Assembly (NCBI GenBank): GCA_904063045.1
Contig: CAJFCJ010000003.1
Coordinates: 1,426,001-1,490,000, forward strand
DNA: 64,000 nucleotides
Source: Dimorphilus gyrociliatus
Lineage: Eukaryota > Animalia > Annelida
Direction of reading: 5' to 3'
In this document: one piece after another, positions 61,317-64,000 of the stretch
Layout: every line of letters starts with the position of its first letter
Position numbering within the stretch: the stretch's first letter is position 1
The notes under the pieces: generated by a model
Seen by the model: the letters and a program-made list of their open reading frames with translations, nothing else
What the model was told of the DNA's origin: nothing
Database searches by the model: none
Program-made: the position numbers and the translations under genes

Positions 61317-63271
61317 TTAATTTCCGAAGACTTGATCTCGAAAGTGCTTTTGAAATCTGTTTGCTTTCACTGACAATTTCATATGATGCTTCGAACGCTG
61401 ACGATGAATATAGGCCAAGTCCTTTGCTTTCTTCTTCGCTGTTTCTCCTTTTACGAAAAATTAAAATTAACTTATATTCAGAACGAACTTTGTTTTGAAG
61501 AATATATAAGCCTAGGGTTAAAAATTTAACAGAAAAATTATCAAAGTTGAACAGTATGTATCTGATAAAGCCAAAGATGAACTTTCAGCAAAATTATAAC
61601 ATCACACTCTCCTTATGGGAGATAGGTGTCGCTTTAATTAATTAAAGCATTAAAATAATCTTTTTTATGCTAAATGGTGAAATATTTTTTAAGTACACAC
61701 AGAGTATATTATATACTAAAATGTTGTAATATCCTTTGTTACGCCATCTTTTTTTGTTCTATGAACATTGCAACACTGTTATTTCTTACTTCATGCGAAA
61801 TTTGCATTTTCTAAACTGATATATTTAGCGTTTTTAGTGCTCTTAATCAAGTAAGTTTACGTGAATGGCTTTTAAAAACTGATATAATAACTTCGTTTAG
61901 AATTTGCTATTTCGTGCTACTTTTCTAGTTATTTTTAAATAGTAATAGTGGATTCACCTGTTGTTCCTGTCCATCCCAAAGCCTTATATTGGGCGATAAC
62001 GTTTTTAATTTTAGACTGCCCTGCTAAAACCAACTGCCTTTCAGGCTTTAAATTTTGTTTGTAGTATCTCAGAAGAGATCTATGACCAATGACTGCTCCA
62101 GACGGTAAAGTAATTTCGAAGGCATTTTCCGTATCTAATAGATTCATATCAATTTCTTCTGGGTCTTCATTGTCACCATTTTCAGGATATGATGAAGAAT
62201 AATCATAATAGTCTTCGTATTCTAGAAGTGTATCGCCTTCATGAAGCATTTTACAATGTTGTTTGTCGGTCATGTGGTTCTGGACAGCTCTCAATGAACG
62301 AAAAGATTTGCCGTGTTCACTGCACCATAAACACATACGACCTTCCCCGACTTTTGCTCCTGATATTCAAAATATTTAAAAAAATGAAATACAGTTTAGA
62401 GATATCTGAGCAAATACTTTTAGAAAGTAATTTCTTTTAAGATATGAAATAGAGGGATAAAAAATAACGAACCTAGGTAACTTAGAAGGCCCTCCAAATC
62501 TGATACATAGTCGATATCAGGTATAAAAAAGTTATGTACTACAGTCATATGCTCCATATTTTTCTCCATGTCATCACAGACCTTTGAGCAAAATAGACAT
62601 TCGTTTGCACTGAGAGCATCGTCACAATCACTCCATTCTTCTAAAGAAAGGAACATTTAATTATTGTATTATATAGGCAGGATAGAAGCAATGACATACC
62701 GTCATCATCGCTCATGTTTTCATCAGCAATATCTTTCGATTTACTCTCCGATGTAGATGTAGATCTTTGACGGTTAAATATTGGATCATTCGGATTCTCA
62801 GACCTTCGAACCTCTAAATCTTTGTGTTTCTTAGATTGGATATGATTTTTAAAAGCATTTTCCGAGCTGTCAAATATAAAACATTAAAGAAACGCTAAAT
62901 GATATCTTATTAATTTATTCTACCTGAAACGTTTGTTACAAGTTTCACAGACGAAGTTGTCGGGTTGTTTTTCCGCTTCACTAGCCTAAAATTACGAATA
63001 TTCTAATAAGTAAAAAACTTTACATTTTATAGATTTTATTACCTGATTACGTTGACTAACAACTTTTTCCTCAAATGCAGTAGCTGTTACAGGGGGCATC
63101 TCAGCCACCTTTCTCTTTAAATTGTATCTGAAAAGGGGAGTGCAAGTTTTACATTATACTGTATATTTCACAATCTTATTTGTTTTACCTATGCCAATCA
63201 GTTTTATAATGTGCCCTCTGTAGATCTGGCTCGGGGAAAGCCACACGACAGGTAATACAGGTAAAGGACAT
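61317..63271 (-). CDS. ZNF622: Zinc finger protein 622 (Rei1-like 60S maturation factor), 7 exons; last exon 61447-61317 is absent from the ORF track
   Basis: MSFTCITCRVAF..QRAHYKTDWHR|YNLKRKV; CETCNKR..; ECLFCS..HMTVVHNFFIPD; CLWCSEHGKSF..HMTDKQHCK; LPSGAVIGHRSL; last exon KDLAYIHRQRSKHHMKLSVKANRFQKHFRDQV. Confidence 0.96.
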
Positions 63272-64000
63272 TATGTCTTCAGTTGTCTAAATCGAGCAAT
63301 AATGCTAATCTGAAAATTATGAATAGTAATATAGCACGTTTTGCGAATTATACATTATCGTTTTAAATTTTGGAGGATATAAATTAGAATAAGAGTTTAA
63401 AAATACTTTTTAAGGATTGATAAGAAAATTAATAAAAATAAGCATTGTTCAGTTATGATAATAATTATTAACAAATTACCTGGAGATAGTTTAATAGGTT
63501 AATTTATCGAATTGCACCACAAATAGAAAACTGTCTGCCGAAAAATATTCCAAGATGAAAAAAGCAGTGTCCGGGGATTGCTAAATCTGTGTATATAAAG
63601 AAAAGTTGAAGTAAAGTAGACCAAATAAATGAAAAAAGTAGAGTATTTTATCTTAATAAAACGATGAGTATGAATTAAAAGTGAATTTACATATATTTGA
63701 AAAAATGAATTACTAAAATAAGTCCATAACACCTCCCTCACCTAAACTATATTCGGCTTTTAATCCGACCAGTTTATATTTTCAACACTCGTTTAAATTA
63801 GAAATCAAACATTTTAAGTGGTAAGTCGATGACTCATTGTTTACTTAAAAAGTCTTAAATCTTCAATTTTAGATAATTCAGCACTGATTACGTTTAATAT
63901 GAATTCATTACTCTTTTAGACCTAGCCTGACATTGAAAGTACAGTTGCTTGATTTAGTTACGTATCGCTTCTGTAAAATGGCGGAAAAGTTCTTAGAAGC

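Noticed and set aside
61448-61957. Possible intronic snoRNA in ZNF622 (TGATGT..CTGA; two small hairpins followed by ACA)
   Set aside because: Imperfect C box, no recognisable rRNA antisense element, hairpins about half the H/ACA size, and no H box.
238-62440. Antisense or alternate-frame ORFs overlapping called genes (e.g. 238-429, 7513-7710, 23509-24027, 35662-35973, 43117-43365, 48334-48699, 51125-51376, 61235-61498)
   Set aside because: These are shadows of real coding exons with no independent homology.
1-64000. CRISPR arrays, rRNA, tRNA, intact transposons, U12-type introns and operon-style prokaryotic systems
   Set aside because: None seen on manual reading. The DNA is spliced eukaryotic sequence, the repeats found have no spacers, and ATATCCTT/GTATCCTT matches do not fall at exon boundaries.

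Overview
This is eukaryotic (metazoan) genomic DNA, not prokaryotic. It is AT-rich and gene-dense, with about 20 spliced genes, GT-AG introns mostly 45-80 bp long, and often under 350 bp between neighbouring start or stop codons. That fits a compact lophotrochozoan-type genome such as a miniaturised annelid, but the taxon is my inference only. Genes left to right: PGC-1/PPRC1-like coactivator (5'-truncated, +), COMMD2 (-), cAMP-receptor-like GPCR (+), DUF4806/BEN-like gene (+), PTCHD3-like (-), APPL (+), gcm (-), RG/RS-rich disordered protein (-), EXOSC1 (+), calmodulin-like (-), DUF4291 (+), MIOS (-), two divergent ankyrin-repeat paralogs (+), SLC35D (-), a large unknown nuclear protein (+), NDUFB10 (-), KIF20 (-), SLC17 (+), AGPAT3/4 (-), ZNF622 (-). 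I found no CRISPR array, rRNA, tRNA or intact transposon. The most unexpected signal is non-coding. The 8.5 kb gene-free interval 3' of gcm holds a dense cluster of PAR-bZIP D-box palindromes, same-strand ROR/Rev-erb-type half-sites and E-boxes, which are the three element classes of circadian regulation. The gcm locus also carries several perfect GCM binding octamers (autoregulation) and is bracketed by CTCF-like motifs. Other leads are a spliced DUF4291 gene (horizontal transfer candidate), an unknown protein with four ~65-aa tandem units plus an AT-hook, and a stop-containing cassette exon in APPL. All motif counts come from manual reading, and the chance estimates are rough hand calculations assuming about 30% GC.
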